The notes under the pieces are model-generated. The model did not search any database, was not told the DNA's origin, and saw only the letters and a program-made list of their open reading frames with translations. From assembly GCA_035221665.1 (NCBI GenBank), contig CM069160.1, positions 22,072,001-22,136,000 on the forward strand: a stretch of DNA of 64,000 nucleotides, written 5' to 3'. The position numbers were made by a program, and so were the translations under genes. Shown here in pieces: positions 62,940-64,000 of this stretch. This stretch comes from Okamejei kenojei. Taxonomy: Eukaryota. How positions within the stretch are numbered: position 1 is the stretch's first letter; each line of letters starts with the position of its first letter.

Positions 62940-64000
62940 AAAACCGACGATAAGTAGGTCGGTGCCATTAACTTCCTTCGAACACGACAAATATGACGAC
63001 TAACCGTTTAATGCATTTGGCGAATAAGCACTTCCTTACGTTTGCGAAGAAGTGCAGTTTTAGGATTGGGTTCCTCCCACGAGGCAATGGTACTTCGTTA
63101 GCAGGTTGACATATTCAGGAAAACGATGTACCTTGTCGATTAGTAGAATGGCCGATATGTGATGCATGCAGTAATGGGGGACTAATGTAGAAATATGATT
63201 GAATGTCAGAAGAACAGACAAGAGATATTAAATGGGCATTGTTTTTTTAAATCGTATAGTTTTTATTAATAGTATATGTTTTTTTATAAATCGTGCCAAA
63301 ACATATGGAAGCATGGAAGAAAATAAGGAAAGTGACGTATCTCCAGTTTTTCAGCCCAGAAGTCTCTTTCGTTTATCATCTCCACTCATTGCTTAAAGTA
63401 CTCATGGGCGGACAGTTTAAATAATTTCTGTGGTTATCATGAAATAAGAACCAGGAAAACATATTAAAGTTTCAAATGTAATCCCTACGTCAAGCACGCA
63501 ATAAACTGCCTTTGAGTTCTTATGCTTCCGGTGTAATATATTGTAGTTTTTGGTTTTGAAGTTAGACAAGAAACAGGGACATAATTGAATGCAATGTGTC
63601 TAATTTATGGAATGTGACATTTTAATATCGTGTCCACGACACTGAATTTCGAAACATACTATTTATTCCATAAAATGTATTTCATGACATCCATTGCTCG
63701 ATATCTGATTTGATCATGCTGACTATTCTGATTCATTCAGTTCGGCAAGTATACTTTCATCCATCCAGAAAATCGCTGCATCAGCGCCGTAGGATATAAT
63801 ATAATAGGAAAATATAAGTAACATTTATTGACCTCAACATGCATTCAGAAGCATGCTTCAAAATTTATGACGTCGTAATGCGACTATCAGCGTCATTATC
63901 TGTTACTGGAATTGTACCTCGTGTTCGGGGACATTCAAGTCATGGCTAGCATGATAATATGGTTATGTGGGCAAACCAATAAATAAAGCTCCTCTACTCA

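Noticed and set aside
1-64000. tRNA, rRNA and known miRNA genes
   Set aside because: None recognised by eye; tRNAscan-SE/Infernal would be needed to exclude them

Overview
Eukaryotic vertebrate genomic DNA, AT-rich and essentially non-coding, with one assembly gap (24833-25339). The repeat content points to a cartilaginous fish, probably a skate or ray (inference): CR1 LINEs with (AATAGAC)n tails, Rex1/Babar, L1/Tx1 and L2 LINEs, Neptune-type Penelope-like elements (PLEs) and a Tc1 transposon. I recognise no host gene; the only candidate is a weak two-exon minus-strand ORF near 1.3-2.1 kb. Most longer ORFs in the track are transposon fragments or low-complexity artefacts. Main points: (1) about a dozen PLE 3' ends carry a minimal type-I hammerhead-ribozyme motif (CTGAAGA-stem-GAAACGTC), including a ~93-bp hammerhead-centred insertion with a target-site duplication (TSD), a ~170-bp fold-back and a young 1.8-kb inverted pair; (2) several nested insertions give a relative transposon chronology; (3) an L2 element is inverted at an exact 8-bp duplicated junction; (4) GC-rich non-coding elements share a body but have different Rex1-like tails; (5) the unique DNA is not visibly CpG-depleted and has many homeodomain-site-rich blocks, consistent with a hypomethylated regulatory gene desert (inference). 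All coordinates were read by eye; the ends of degenerate elements are approximate.
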